Positions 31,981 to 42,467 of a stretch of DNA of 64,000 bases are shown here, piece after piece. The position numbers and the translations under genes were made by a program. Every line of letters starts with the position of its first letter. The first letter of the stretch is position 1. The stretch is from Marinicella sp. (lineage in GTDB: Bacteria > Pseudomonadota > Gammaproteobacteria > Xanthomonadales > Marinicellaceae), in assembly GCA_965230295.1 (NCBI GenBank), contig OZ246001.1, forward strand, positions 2,752,001 through 2,816,000. The letters are read 5' to 3'. Under the pieces are notes generated by a model, which searched no databases, had not been told where the DNA came from, and saw only the letters and a list, made by a program, of their open reading frames with translations.

Positions 31981-34557
31981 ATGAAATTCATTGTATTTGT
32001 TTTTTGCTTATTCTTAGCTGGCACGGGTCAGGTGCACAGCGCTGACGATCATCAACACCACAACGCCATGCGTGCTTTGATTGATGATGAAGACATCACC
32101 CATACAGCTGTTGCCAGTGGGTCTTGGTTTGATACCAATACGTGGTCAGGAGGTGTCATTCCGGATGCTGGCGCTTGGGTGTTGATTCCTGCGGGTATCG
32201 ATGTGCAATATGACCAGATCAGTGCCGTGCCTTATACTGCAGTGAGGGTCGATGGTGGTTTGTCATTTTCAACCACCCAATCCAGTCAAATGATTGTGGA
32301 TACTTTGTTGGTGGAGGCTTCAGGGTGGTTGTCGATAGGAACGGTAAACAATCCGGTTCAGCCAGACGTTTCGGTGTCGATTCAATTCAGTGATGCGGGT
32401 GATCTGGATGTGGTTAAAGACCCCAGTTTAATGGGCAGGGGGTTGTTGGCCAGCGGTCCTGCTCAAATGCATGGTTCAATCAAAACAACCCACCTTAAAG
32501 TGTCTGTTGACCCGATGGCAGGTCAGAATCAAATTCAACTGGCCTCTCCTCCAGTTAATTGGTCTGTGGGAGACACCTTGGTTGTGGCAGGCACAAAGTA
32601 CTCAGGTTGGAAGTGGGATAACAGCATCCAGGCAGTCAGATACCATGGAACCCAAGATGAGGTGGTCACCATCAGTGCCATCAATGGCAGCACCATTACC
32701 TTAGATCAGGATTTGATTTATGATCATTTTACCCCGCGGGCAGACCTAAAAACTTCAGTGGCCAACATGACTCGCAACATCACCATAGGCACACAAAATC
32801 CGGCTGCCACAGCAACCCATAGACGAGGCCATGTGATGTTCATGCAACAAGCCCCAGTGGATGTGAGGTATGTTGCTTTTTGGCAATTGGGCAGAACGGA
32901 TAAATCCTTCTTAACCCTAGAAGCAGCTGATTTTGACGTGATCACACCCACCAGCAATGTGCGTGGGCGCTATGCATTTCATTTACACAGAAAGGGCATA
33001 GCCGATGTTAAAAGCCCGGCCATTGCGATTGGTAATGCGGTGTTTGGTTCACCAGGCTGGGGTTATGTGCATCATGACAGTAATGCCATTTTTCATAACA
33101 ACGTGTCCTATGATACTTTTGGTGCTGGGTTCGTGGCCGAAACGGGCAATGAAATTGGTACTTGGACCAACAATCTGGCGATCAAAGCTGAGGGAAACAG
33201 TGCATTCAACCCTAAAAATGGCAATGACAGGGAGTTGTTTGATATCGGTCGTACTGGTGATGGATTCTGGTTTCAAGGGCGCATGGTCAGAAGCGTCAAT
33301 AACATTGCAGCCAGTGTCAATCATGGCTTTGTTTATTTGCACAGAGGCAGTGGCATGTTGTCATTTCCAGGATCAGTTTTTATGTTGCCAGAGGCCTTGC
33401 GCCGAGGTGCCAATTCCAGTGTTGATGATGCGCCGGTGTTGTCATTCGCCGGCAATGAAAGCTTTGCGTCAACAGTCGGGCTGTATGTGGTCAAGGCCAA
33501 CCCCAATCAGCAGCATGATGTACACAGTCATTTCAAGAACTTCAAGGCTTGGGAGGTGCGAGCAGGTTCAGCGATGGAGTACACGGCACATTATTTATTA
33601 GAAGACTTTGACATCATTGGTAAAACCCCTGAAGCTTTCAGTACGGCTGCTTTTGGAATTGAGTTTGGTACCAACACCAGTGACATGGTGATTAATGGTG
33701 TCCACATTCAAGACATGCCTGTGGGGGTGATTCTCAGTAAAGATTATACGGGTACGCCGCCACCTCCCGAAGTCAACCAGTACGTGGTGATTGATGCGAC
33801 CTATGATCAGGTGCCATTAGAGCTGGAATTTTATGATCCAGCCATTGATCAAGTCCTGACTGCGGCTGACTTGGTACCAGGACAATTTGATGTTGATATC
33901 AATGGCGGGATTTATGAATACCTGTCGCCGGCGACATCCGCTGGTTCAGGCGTTTTCTGGTCAGGGACCAAAACTGACCAAATCGGTGGTACACCAGTTC
34001 CTGCCGGAACGGATGAAATTGGTGTGCCCTCGTATGACATGATTCCCATCACTGAAGAAGATGGGTATTTGCGAACTGCGGGTGGAACGCCGTATGTGGT
34101 CATTGAAGAGTTTTTTACTGAAAGGGCAACAGGTACCATTCACAAGCTGGGTTTAAAAACCTTACTGGGCCCGAATGTGGACGCTGCCTTGGGCAATCAG
34201 TTCACCGCCTGGCGAGATGCATTTCAGGCAGGCATCATCGATTTAAGCAGCAGCGCACCCACACCAAATGATGATTTTGGCACGGCATCCACAGCGCGAC
34301 CTTTGTTGTTGGATTTGTTGCAAAATGACACGGATCCTGACGCAGATGTATTGTCGGTAGATGGCATCATTCAGCCACAACATGGCCGAGTCTATGACAA
34401 CCAGGATGGGACGGTAACATACCTTTCAGACTATGATTATGTGGGTGTTGACCAATTCAGTTATTGGGCCACAGACCGGCATGGCAATTTCTCACCGGCC
34501 AAGGTGAACATCAATGTGCTGAATGATTTGATTTATGCCCATGATTTCAATCAGTGA
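31981..34557 (+). CDS. Secreted G8-domain protein with beta-helix region and C-terminal cadherin-like Ig domain
   Basis: GGGAGG RBS, signal peptide, SGSWFD..TW..G.IP G8-like start, GRYAFHLH, L.NDTDPD.D.L...P.HG...G.D.FSY. Confidence 0.8.
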   Translation: MKFIVFVFCLFLAGTGQVHSADDHQHHNAMRALIDDEDITHTAVASGSWFDTNTWSGGVIPDAGAWVLIPAGIDVQYDQISAVPYTAVRVDGGLSFSTTQSSQMIVDTLLVEASGWLSIGTVNNPVQPDVSVSIQFSDAGDLDVVKDPSLMGRGLLASGPAQMHGSIKTTHLKVSVDPMAGQNQIQLASPPVNWSVGDTLVVAGTKYSGWKWDNSIQAVRYHGTQDEVVTISAINGSTITLDQDLIYDHFTPRADLKTSVANMTRNITIGTQNPAATATHRRGHVMFMQQAPVDVRYVAFWQLGRTDKSFLTLEAADFDVITPTSNVRGRYAFHLHRKGIADVKSPAIAIGNAVFGSPGWGYVHHDSNAIFHNNVSYDTFGAGFVAETGNEIGTWTNNLAIKAEGNSAFNPKNGNDRELFDIGRTGDGFWFQGRMVRSVNNIAASVNHGFVYLHRGSGMLSFPGSVFMLPEALRRGANSSVDDAPVLSFAGNESFASTVGLYVVKANPNQQHDVHSHFKNFKAWEVRAGSAMEYTAHYLLEDFDIIGKTPEAFSTAAFGIEFGTNTSDMVINGVHIQDMPVGVILSKDYTGTPPPPEVNQYVVIDATYDQVPLELEFYDPAIDQVLTAADLVPGQFDVDINGGIYEYLSPATSAGSGVFWSGTKTDQIGGTPVPAGTDEIGVPSYDMIPITEEDGYLRTAGGTPYVVIEEFFTERATGTIHKLGLKTLLGPNVDAALGNQFTAWRDAFQAGIIDLSSSAPTPNDDFGTASTARPLLLDLLQNDTDPDADVLSVDGIIQPQHGRVYDNQDGTVTYLSDYDYVGVDQFSYWATDRHGNFSPAKVNINVLNDLIYAHDFNQ

Positions 34558-34577
34558 TCGGTTTTATGAGGCTTTGA

Positions 34578-36035
34578 TCAATCAAAATTACTGGCGAAAA
34601 TAAGGTCGTTGAGTACGTTGTATTCATAGGCACCAGCGTCACAAGCGCCTTCATTGGGCCTTGGGTTACCTACTTGGTCTCCAGTCACTTGGGTGCCACA
34701 CCCGGCATTGCCAATCATGCTGTCTACATGGTTGTATAAAATGCTGTTTGGTAAAAAAGTATGAACGCGAACACCCGCATTGTTAAGTTCGATCAAAGGA
34801 CTCAATTGAAGATCACCTGTCGCCAACAGATTGTTATTGCCCAGTATATTGCCTGAAAAACTTTCTATCACCGAATTATTAACTATGTTGCTGTTATTTT
34901 GCATCCAAAGCAATGGAGTGAACGCACTGGATTCTATGATGATGTTGCCATTGGGGCCTACCAAATCACTGACGGCTGCCCCTGTGTTGAAAGCAGAGGT
35001 GACATACCTCAAAGTGACATTTTGACCGTTGTTTGAATTGATGTAGATACCACTGCTCTGGCCTTGGGACTGGTTGTTGCTGATGGTGGTGTTTTCTACT
35101 GTGACATCACTGCCCAAACCACCAGAAATGGCCAAGCCACCCCCATTGCTGCCGGCGCTGTTGTGACTGATCTCTGAATTGATCAGGGATAAGCCAGCAT
35201 TGATTACAGACAAACCCCCTCCTGAATCGGCAGAATCGTTGTCGCTGATTCGCATGTTTTCTAACCGGGTATCGGTGGCGCCATCAATCAAAATACCTGC
35301 ACCTGAATCTGCACCTGTCGTTCTGCCTGCCATGATGGTCAAGCCCGACATGAAAAAGCGCTCACTCATACCAGGTATCAATAATACCCTGAAACTGTCA
35401 TTGCCGGACAAAGAGATGGTCCCAGCACCTGGTCCAATCACTGACAGATCAATTGAGGTGACTGACAGTGGCGAAATAAGGGCAATGGTCCCGCTCAAAT
35501 TTCGTTGAAATTTGACCGTGGTAGGTACCAGGTCTGTAACCGCATAGTCAAACGCCTCTCGCAAGGTGCATTCATTGCCATCACATCCATTGTTACTGGC
35601 ATCAGACAAACTGTTTACTTCAATAAAATTCAAACCTACAGTGGCCACAGCTGCTCCAGTGTTGTTGGCGCTGTTTTGCATCACATATTTAAAATCAAAA
35701 ACCGCTGTTGATGTACTGTTGGAAGTGAACAATACATTGTTGTCGTCTCCGGCACCGTTGATGCTGACAGAACCTGTGGCATTTGAATAGCTGTTGCTGG
35801 TACACAATTCATCACTGGTTCCGATGTCACATAAGCCAACAACTTCTTTGAAATTATCGTTGCTGATGCCACTGTCATCATTGCCCAACACATCCAATAC
35901 GGCAGTGCTGCTGTTGATAGCAGCTTCCAAATTGGGGTCATCGCTGGTTAACGGGATGCCACCGGCCCAACCGGTTGTGGCTGATGTGCATGCACAAAAA
36001 ATCAGAGAATTTATCAAGAGTTTGGTCGGCTTCAT
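34578..36035 (-). CDS. Secreted CSLREA-like / choice-of-anchor Q-like beta-helix protein
   Basis: Signal peptide, VNSLSD...CTLREA, GGG(L)/N.TIS.N repeats, DQ.G.PR....CDAGAYE. Confidence 0.78.
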   Translation of the reverse strand: MKPTKLLINSLIFCACTSATTGWAGGIPLTSDDPNLEAAINSSTAVLDVLGNDDSGISNDNFKEVVGLCDIGTSDELCTSNSYSNATGSVSINGAGDDNNVLFTSNSTSTAVFDFKYVMQNSANNTGAAVATVGLNFIEVNSLSDASNNGCDGNECTLREAFDYAVTDLVPTTVKFQRNLSGTIALISPLSVTSIDLSVIGPGAGTISLSGNDSFRVLLIPGMSERFFMSGLTIMAGRTTGADSGAGILIDGATDTRLENMRISDNDSADSGGGLSVINAGLSLINSEISHNSAGSNGGGLAISGGLGSDVTVENTTISNNQSQGQSSGIYINSNNGQNVTLRYVTSAFNTGAAVSDLVGPNGNIIIESSAFTPLLWMQNNSNIVNNSVIESFSGNILGNNNLLATGDLQLSPLIELNNAGVRVHTFLPNSILYNHVDSMIGNAGCGTQVTGDQVGNPRPNEGACDAGAYEYNVLNDLIFASNFD

Positions 36036-36323
36036 AACAATTGTGATGGCGAAAAAAAGCAAAGATTCTAACTGATTAATCTGGCCAAGTATACTGGCTT
36101 GTCTTTGATGTGTGTGGTGTGTCACGTATTAGATCGTGACTTGTGAGCTATTCAAATTCCGCGACAGGCCTTTTATGATGCTTGAGATATTAATGCTTTA
36201 TTACCATATGGTGCAATTCGTCCAACACCTTGATGATAGAGAGCCACAATGACCAAGCCTTGCTCAGCATCAGATGAAAAATGATGGCTGTTATATTTGG
36301 CTTTAACGAACCACAGTTTGACC

Positions 36324-37940
36324 ATGAAATTTAAACCCTACACACTGACCCTACTGGCAATCATTGCTACATTATTCCTACCAAAACAAGCGCAATCTGA
36401 TACTGCAAAACGATTTGAGGCGCACATGGACTTCCTCGCCTCTGATTTACTACGTGGTCGCGATACCGGAAGTGTTGGTCATGAAGTGGCGGCACAATAC
36501 ATCGCCACTGAATTCGCCAAGATGGGTATCGTCCCTGCTGGTGATGATGGTTACATGCAAAGGATAGAGTTTAAATCTGCCTATTTAGACCAGGATTCGC
36601 CTGAATTCAGCGTGAAAAAAGGTGATGAAGTGTTGTCCTTTGAGTTTTTGGATGAGTTTTCGGTTGGCGCCAACGTCAATCGATTGCGGTCAGAAGTTGA
36701 AGGTGAATTGGTTTTTGTCGGCTTTGGTATAGATGCGCCTTTCCTTAACTATACAGACTTTGATCAGGTGGATTTAAAAGGAAAAATCGCTGTGGTTTTG
36801 GGTGGTAAGCCAATTCATTTTCCGAGTGAGGAAGGTGCTCACTATTCAAGAAAATCAACTGAAGCACTGGTCAAGAGAGGCGCCATAGGGGTGATATCAG
36901 TATGGACCCCCATTGTTGAAAAAGTTTTTGCTTTCTCAAAAACCAAAGAATACATCAATATGCCTCGCATCAGATGGGTGGATAAAACAGGTGCAGTGCA
37001 GAATGGCTATCCTGAAATCCTGGCTTCTGCTTCATTAAGTATGGAAGCGGGTAAAAAATTGTTTACGCAGGCTGGCATGGATTTAGAAGCCTTGTATGAA
37101 CAAATCGAAAACGGAGACCAGTTGGTTGGTCAGGACATGGGATTAACAGCACACATCAGTTACCGGTCGACCCATTCCAGTGTCAACAGCCCCAATGTCA
37201 TTGGCATTTTAGAAGGGACTGATCCAGAATTAAAAGATGAATATGTGTTACTCAGTGCCCACACCGATCACATTGGCGTGTCCGAACACATTGAGTTGGG
37301 TGACAAAATCAACAACGGCGCCATGGACAATGCGGCGGGTGTATCCACGTTGTTGGAAATGGCTCACCAGATCACCCAACTGGGTGAGCGGCCTAAGCGT
37401 TCCATTTTATTTGCCATGGTGACTGCCGAAGAGAAAGGTTTGTTGGGTTCTGATTATTTTGCCAACAACCCCACAGTTCCCATTGACAGTATTGTCGCCA
37501 ATGTGAATTTGGACATGCCGGTTTTGACCAATGCCTTTGATCAGTTGATCGGTTTTGGTGCACAGCACAGCAGCCTTTGGGGCGTGATTGAAAATGCAGT
37601 GGGCAAAAACGGTATGCACTTAATTCCTGATCCCATGCCCGAACAGAATATTTTTGTTCGCAGTGACCAATACAGTTTTGTGAAAAAAGGCATACCAGCG
37701 GTGTTTTTGGTGACTGCCGACAAAGTGGGAATGAAATTTGAAGAACATGAAATTTCCAGCCAGGAATTCATTGTTAAGCATTACCATAAACCTTCTGATC
37801 AATTGGATTTGCCGATCAATTATGATGTGGCTGCAAAATTTGTGGCCATCAATCGAGCCATTGCGATGGAAGTGGCCAATACCCAAGAGCGCCCGAAGTG
37901 GAATGAAGGCAGTTTCTTTGAAACCATGACCGAAGAGTGA
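36324..37940 (+). CDS. M28 family aminopeptidase with PA domain
   Basis: LASD.L.GR.TGS, SAHTDH.G, NGAMDNAAG, AEEKGLLGS, RSDQ, YH.PSD. Confidence 0.92.
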   Translation: MKFKPYTLTLLAIIATLFLPKQAQSDTAKRFEAHMDFLASDLLRGRDTGSVGHEVAAQYIATEFAKMGIVPAGDDGYMQRIEFKSAYLDQDSPEFSVKKGDEVLSFEFLDEFSVGANVNRLRSEVEGELVFVGFGIDAPFLNYTDFDQVDLKGKIAVVLGGKPIHFPSEEGAHYSRKSTEALVKRGAIGVISVWTPIVEKVFAFSKTKEYINMPRIRWVDKTGAVQNGYPEILASASLSMEAGKKLFTQAGMDLEALYEQIENGDQLVGQDMGLTAHISYRSTHSSVNSPNVIGILEGTDPELKDEYVLLSAHTDHIGVSEHIELGDKINNGAMDNAAGVSTLLEMAHQITQLGERPKRSILFAMVTAEEKGLLGSDYFANNPTVPIDSIVANVNLDMPVLTNAFDQLIGFGAQHSSLWGVIENAVGKNGMHLIPDPMPEQNIFVRSDQYSFVKKGIPAVFLVTADKVGMKFEEHEISSQEFIVKHYHKPSDQLDLPINYDVAAKFVAINRAIAMEVANTQERPKWNEGSFFETMTEE

Positions 37941-37953
37941 TTAAACGAACACT

Positions 37954-38574
37954 TCAGGAGTTATTCTCATTTTTTTGGTTTCTTAGTGTGGCAGCACCTG
38001 TTGCAATGAAACGCAGTTGAGTGATGGCCCTCCGTTCGAGCGCCGCCCTTTGGGTGGGTTTAGCGGCTATGGTTTCTGCACCGGCATTGAATATAACGGC
38101 CACCATGGCTTCGGCTTGATTATAGGCCGAATCTTGATCGAATCCGGTGTTTTGGATGTAGTCAGTCAACTCCACCACAAAGTATTGAATTTCTCTTGCC
38201 ACGGCTACGCGTAAAGCCCTGGTGGTGCCTGAGCGTTCATGAAACAGGATTCTGAATATATTCGGATTGGCTTGGGTAAACTCCATGAATGTTTTCACTG
38301 ATGTGGCGATGACACTGCCTTTTTTCTTCAGCCTTTGTCTGCCTTTTCGCATCACCTGGCGCAATGCAAGTCCGGATTCATCCACTAATGTCAATCCCAG
38401 CTCTTCCATGTCTTTAAAATGTCGGTAAAAAGAAGTGGGCGCAATACCCGCTTCACGAGCGACTTCCCGCAAGCTGAGGCTGGCAAAACTTTTACTTTCG
38501 CTCAATTGACCAATCGCTGCATCGATGATAGCTCGGCGGGTGCGTTCTTTTTGTTGTGAGCGGCTGGTAGTCAA
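37954..38574 (-). CDS. fabR: TetR-family repressor FabR
   Basis: [41 protein letters not shown]. Confidence 0.9.
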   Translation of the reverse strand: MTTSRSQQKERTRRAIIDAAIGQLSESKSFASLSLREVAREAGIAPTSFYRHFKDMEELGLTLVDESGLALRQVMRKGRQRLKKKGSVIATSVKTFMEFTQANPNIFRILFHERSGTTRALRVAVAREIQYFVVELTDYIQNTGFDQDSAYNQAEAMVAVIFNAGAETIAAKPTQRAALERRAITQLRFIATGAATLRNQKNENNS

Positions 38575-38680
38575 TGGCAGGCTGAGGTTTAAAAATAGCT
38601 AGGTTATCAATTCGATCGAATGTAAGCAAGTCCAAAAGTTGTTGAACCGCATTGATTCAGAGACTTCAGGCCTTTGAATT

Positions 38681-38723
38681 TGTGAAACTGTTAACAATAA
38701 TGCAACATTTTAGCTGCCAGAAT
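38681..38723 (+). promoter_or_regulatory. CRP/Clp-like box with class II-spaced extended -10
   Basis: TGTGA-aactgt-TAACA (38681-38696) and TGcCAGAAT (38715-38723). Confidence 0.5.
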
Positions 38724-39021
38724 AACAATGGATTTGTACCACTAGGTGCATGTCTGGGGATTTTATCTTTGGTGGGTGCAGGCACAGATCGTTAAAGAGA
38801 GCAATGCTTATTGACATTATAAATAATAAAAACGCATTCAATGGCATTGTGTAAATTGGTTAAAATAAATAAATAATCAATGGAGTGAAGCAGTTACCCA
38901 CGCTTCTCGATGCTGACAACATCTCTGCAGATAGGCAATATGAATTCATTGCTCAGGTATTTGCGTCCAAAGAATGGACTGTGCATTTGTTTTGACTTTC
39001 AACTTAAAGAGGAAGTACAAA

Positions 39022-40257
39022 ATGAAGAATATTAAAAAAATGATCACCTTTGGCTTATTGGCTGGAGGATTGATTGCAACAGCGCAGGCTCAAGTAGACC
39101 TGTTTTATCCGGAAACCAAAACTGTTTCCGGGTTGAAGTCGACATCGACGGTGATTCAGGCCATGTCCAAAAATGACAGTGTCAAATACATCGAACCCAT
39201 CGGCTTGAACACAGCGGCATTACAACCCAGCAACAAGTCTTTCAACTTAAATTTCGCCAAAGACTTACAGTTTAAAACCACCCAGAGCAAGACGTATGCC
39301 ATCGATGATGAGTCCTTTGCATGGATTGGTGAAATTGATTTGGGGTTACAAAAAGTCAGTAAACCGATAGATGATCCGAATGCCATCAATCCCAACCAAG
39401 CTGTTTTTATGGTCAACGGCGAACGTGTTTTTGGGCAAATTATCTTGGATGATTTGGTTTATGAAATCCGCACCATGGAAAATGGTGGTGGTTATTTACT
39501 CATGAAACGTGATTTCTCAGTACTTGGTAATAGAGATGATACACCGGAAAATGATTTTACTCATGATCTCAGTGTAAGGGTTGGTGCCAAGGCTGCTTCC
39601 AATGTGGTTGATGTGATTCAACTGATCACTGATCAAGCCATCAATGACGCTGGTGGTGTTTCATCTGCTGTTGATGCCATGCGATTTTTTATCACTCAGT
39701 CAAACCAGGCATACAGTAACAATAATTTAGATTTGGAAATGCGCAATGCGGGGTTGTACCGGGCTGGGTCTGAGTTGAATACCAGTTCCAGTAACATGTT
39801 GTCACGTTTGCGCAGAACCAATGATGGATATTTAGATGATGTGCCTGGTAACTTAAGGAATCAAACCAATGCTGATTTGGTGGTGTTGGTCACGACTTCA
39901 TTGAGAAATCAAGGGCTGTGCGGACAGGCAGACGGGATTGGTGTCGGTCAAAGCCGGGCTTTTTTCGTCATTGACCATGACTGCACCAACTACACATTTG
40001 TGCATGAAGCAGGTCATTTATTTGGTGCCCGTCATGACAACGACCCAACCGGAACACCTTATAGTTTTGGTCGTGGATTTGTCAGTGCGCCAGGTAACTT
40101 TCGTACCATCATGGCAGTCAGTTCCAATCCTCAGCCCAGAATTGCTGGCTTCTCCAATCCAAATCAGACTTATCGAGGACGGGCGATTGGTACATCAAGC
40201 CGCAACAACACCAGGGTCCACCAATTGCGAGCATCATTTGTGGCAGGTTTTAGATAA
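39022..40257 (+). CDS. Secreted M12B/reprolysin-like zinc metallopeptidase
   Basis: Signal peptide, ADLVVL, HEAGHLFGARHD zinc motif, FRTIMA Met-turn, FSNP. Confidence 0.9.
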   Translation: MKNIKKMITFGLLAGGLIATAQAQVDLFYPETKTVSGLKSTSTVIQAMSKNDSVKYIEPIGLNTAALQPSNKSFNLNFAKDLQFKTTQSKTYAIDDESFAWIGEIDLGLQKVSKPIDDPNAINPNQAVFMVNGERVFGQIILDDLVYEIRTMENGGGYLLMKRDFSVLGNRDDTPENDFTHDLSVRVGAKAASNVVDVIQLITDQAINDAGGVSSAVDAMRFFITQSNQAYSNNNLDLEMRNAGLYRAGSELNTSSSNMLSRLRRTNDGYLDDVPGNLRNQTNADLVVLVTTSLRNQGLCGQADGIGVGQSRAFFVIDHDCTNYTFVHEAGHLFGARHDNDPTGTPYSFGRGFVSAPGNFRTIMAVSSNPQPRIAGFSNPNQTYRGRAIGTSSRNNTRVHQLRASFVAGFR

Positions 40258-40289
40258 AGCCATTGACCCCATGCGAAGTGTGTAGTGGG

Positions 40290-40324
40290 AGCCTCCTGGT
40301 ACTCCAAAGCCAGGAGGCTTTTTT
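40290..40324 (+). terminator. Intrinsic terminator
   Basis: AGCCTCCTGG-10 nt-CCAGGAGGCTTTTTT. Confidence 0.8.
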
Positions 40325-40361
40325 GATAAGAACTGAGTTGCTTTAATCACATTACAATGAC

Positions 40362-41246
40362 TCAAAGCCTGACGGGTTCTACAGTCAATCCTTCTTGTCG
40401 CAATAAGTTGATTACACCGTTTGTTCCACCCAAATGCCCTGCACCAACGGCGAAAAATGTAGGGGATGCTTTAACGATACCAGGTATTTTCTCTACCCAA
40501 TTGATGTTCCTTTTGTCTAACAAAGCCTGTAACATGGCTTCACCATTTTTTGCTTCCAGCATCATGTCTCTGGTCATATCGTACATGGCTGAAACATCTT
40601 GTGAGTTGTATGTTTCGACCAACTGATTGATCACTTCAGGTATCAATCCAAAGGCCGCCATTTCTTCATCTGTCCATGGTTCGTCTGATTTTTCCGGAAC
40701 CAATATTTCAAACAACTCCACCTGTTCAGCTGCCAACTCTAAACCATAGACAGGCAAATTTGCTGCTTGAGCTAAATTCATCAGTTCAATATCCACCGTC
40801 TTTATGGGACAGTCCATGGCAGCCATGGTCAGCATGCTGCTGATGCCAAAAAGCTTGGTTTTATCAAACAAGCTGATGCTGTAATCTGTGTGCTTTTCTA
40901 CCAATTCGCTGAGTTGTTGGTAATTGGTGGGTGATAGCCGTTCCTGCAAAGATTTTTTGGCTACCATACCTGTCAACACTTGTGACATTTCATTTTGGTC
41001 ATCCATATCCAGTTCTAAATACAGTTGTTCTGATTGATTGATCGCATCAACCATGCGCTGGTCCAGGGTGAAATCTTTGGTACAAATCAAATGAATGGTA
41101 CCTGCCAAATAAGAGGGTTGTTCGATGCCAGGACCCGATATTTGCCACACCAAAGAGTCTGCCAATTCAACATCATTGGGGGTTTTGGCTTGGATTTGTG
41201 CACCCAAGATTAAAATAAAAAATGAGGTGATGAGTTTTATATTCAT
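40362..41246 (-). CDS. TraB/GumN (Tiki-like) family protein
   Basis: SYLAGTIHL, GLE...Q, RN..W, AVGAGHL.G..GV..LL. Confidence 0.9.
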   Translation of the reverse strand: MNIKLITSFFILILGAQIQAKTPNDVELADSLVWQISGPGIEQPSYLAGTIHLICTKDFTLDQRMVDAINQSEQLYLELDMDDQNEMSQVLTGMVAKKSLQERLSPTNYQQLSELVEKHTDYSISLFDKTKLFGISSMLTMAAMDCPIKTVDIELMNLAQAANLPVYGLELAAEQVELFEILVPEKSDEPWTDEEMAAFGLIPEVINQLVETYNSQDVSAMYDMTRDMMLEAKNGEAMLQALLDKRNINWVEKIPGIVKASPTFFAVGAGHLGGTNGVINLLRQEGLTVEPVRL

Positions 41247-41462
41247 AATTTTCCTTTTACTTAATGATTTGTTTGAAGTTATCCAATTGGCTTTTCAGTG
41301 TTTGGCTTACTCAGGGCATCATATTAGAAAGTGGTGGGTTAATGCAAACGGAATAATTCAAACATGGTCATTGATACGCTTGGATGAAAGTTGCCTCAGT
41401 GAATCGTGGTATTAGTGTCCTCACAGGGTTAAAATAGCCTGCTTTTAATTCTGATCCATTGC

Positions 41463-42467
41463 ATGTCAATTTACAACCAAAGACCAGACATTCCACAAGG
41501 TCACATTGAGCACCTCATCATTGACTCTTTGCTGTTAAGAGACAATTCATTAGGGGACCCTTGCAAAAGACAAGTTCCGGTTTACCTGCCTCATGGCTAT
41601 GATGAGAATGACAACTACCCCGTGATGTATTATCTGGCTGCATACACCAACAGTGGCCAAGGTGTGGTTGAATGGCGTGCTTTTGGGGAAAGCATACCTG
41701 AACGATTGGATCGCATGATTGCTGAGGATAAAATGGGGCCAGCCATAGTGGTTTTTCCGGAGTGTTTTACTCGCTTGGGTGGTAATCAATACCTCGATTC
41801 GCCCACCATGGGTCCTTATGCCAGCCACATCCATGAAGAGCTGATTCCATTGGTTGAAAAAACTTATGCGGTTAAGAAAGGGGCAGCTCACCGAGCGGTT
41901 TTAGGTAAATCATCGGGTGGTTTTGCTGCCATTCGTTTTGCCATGGATTTTCCAGGACAATGGGGTGCCATTGCCAATCATTCAGGAGATGCTGGATTTG
42001 ATTTGTTGTACCAGCGGGATTTTCCGGCGGTGGCCGATGTACTGGCCCAGTTTGATGGCGATGTTGACAAGTTCATCAAGCGCTTTTGGAAGGCCAAAAA
42101 AATCATGGGATCACATATTTTGGCCATGATGCATTTGTGTATGGCGGCCACCTATGACGAAGAAATGGTTTTACCTTTTGACCTTGAAACTTGTGAGCTG
42201 GATGAGGTCAGGTGGCAGCGTTGGTTGGCCCATGATCCAGTCAATCGTGTCGAGCAACAGGCGGCGGCTTTGCAGCAATTGAATGGCTTGTATATGGATT
42301 GTGGTTTTCGTGATCAATATTTCATTCATTATGGCATGCGACAGTTGTCGAAAAAGCTTGAAAAAGCTGAAGTTGCACACACTTACACAGAGTTTAATGG
42401 AACCCATTCAGGCATTGATTATCGCCTGGATGAATCCTTACCTTTTTTGTATGAGAAAATAAAATGA
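41463..42467 (+). CDS. Alpha/beta-hydrolase esterase (Fes-like)
   Basis: VYLP.GY, YPV.Y.L, GKSSGG nucleophile elbow, DCG..D, F.GTH. Confidence 0.85.
   Translation: MSIYNQRPDIPQGHIEHLIIDSLLLRDNSLGDPCKRQVPVYLPHGYDENDNYPVMYYLAAYTNSGQGVVEWRAFGESIPERLDRMIAEDKMGPAIVVFPECFTRLGGNQYLDSPTMGPYASHIHEELIPLVEKTYAVKKGAAHRAVLGKSSGGFAAIRFAMDFPGQWGAIANHSGDAGFDLLYQRDFPAVADVLAQFDGDVDKFIKRFWKAKKIMGSHILAMMHLCMAATYDEEMVLPFDLETCELDEVRWQRWLAHDPVNRVEQQAAALQQLNGLYMDCGFRDQYFIHYGMRQLSKKLEKAEVAHTYTEFNGTHSGIDYRLDESLPFLYEKIK

Noticed and set aside
36111-36126. CRP-like TGTGT-N6-TCACG site
   Set aside because: Only 8/10 match and no -10 element at class II spacing on either strand
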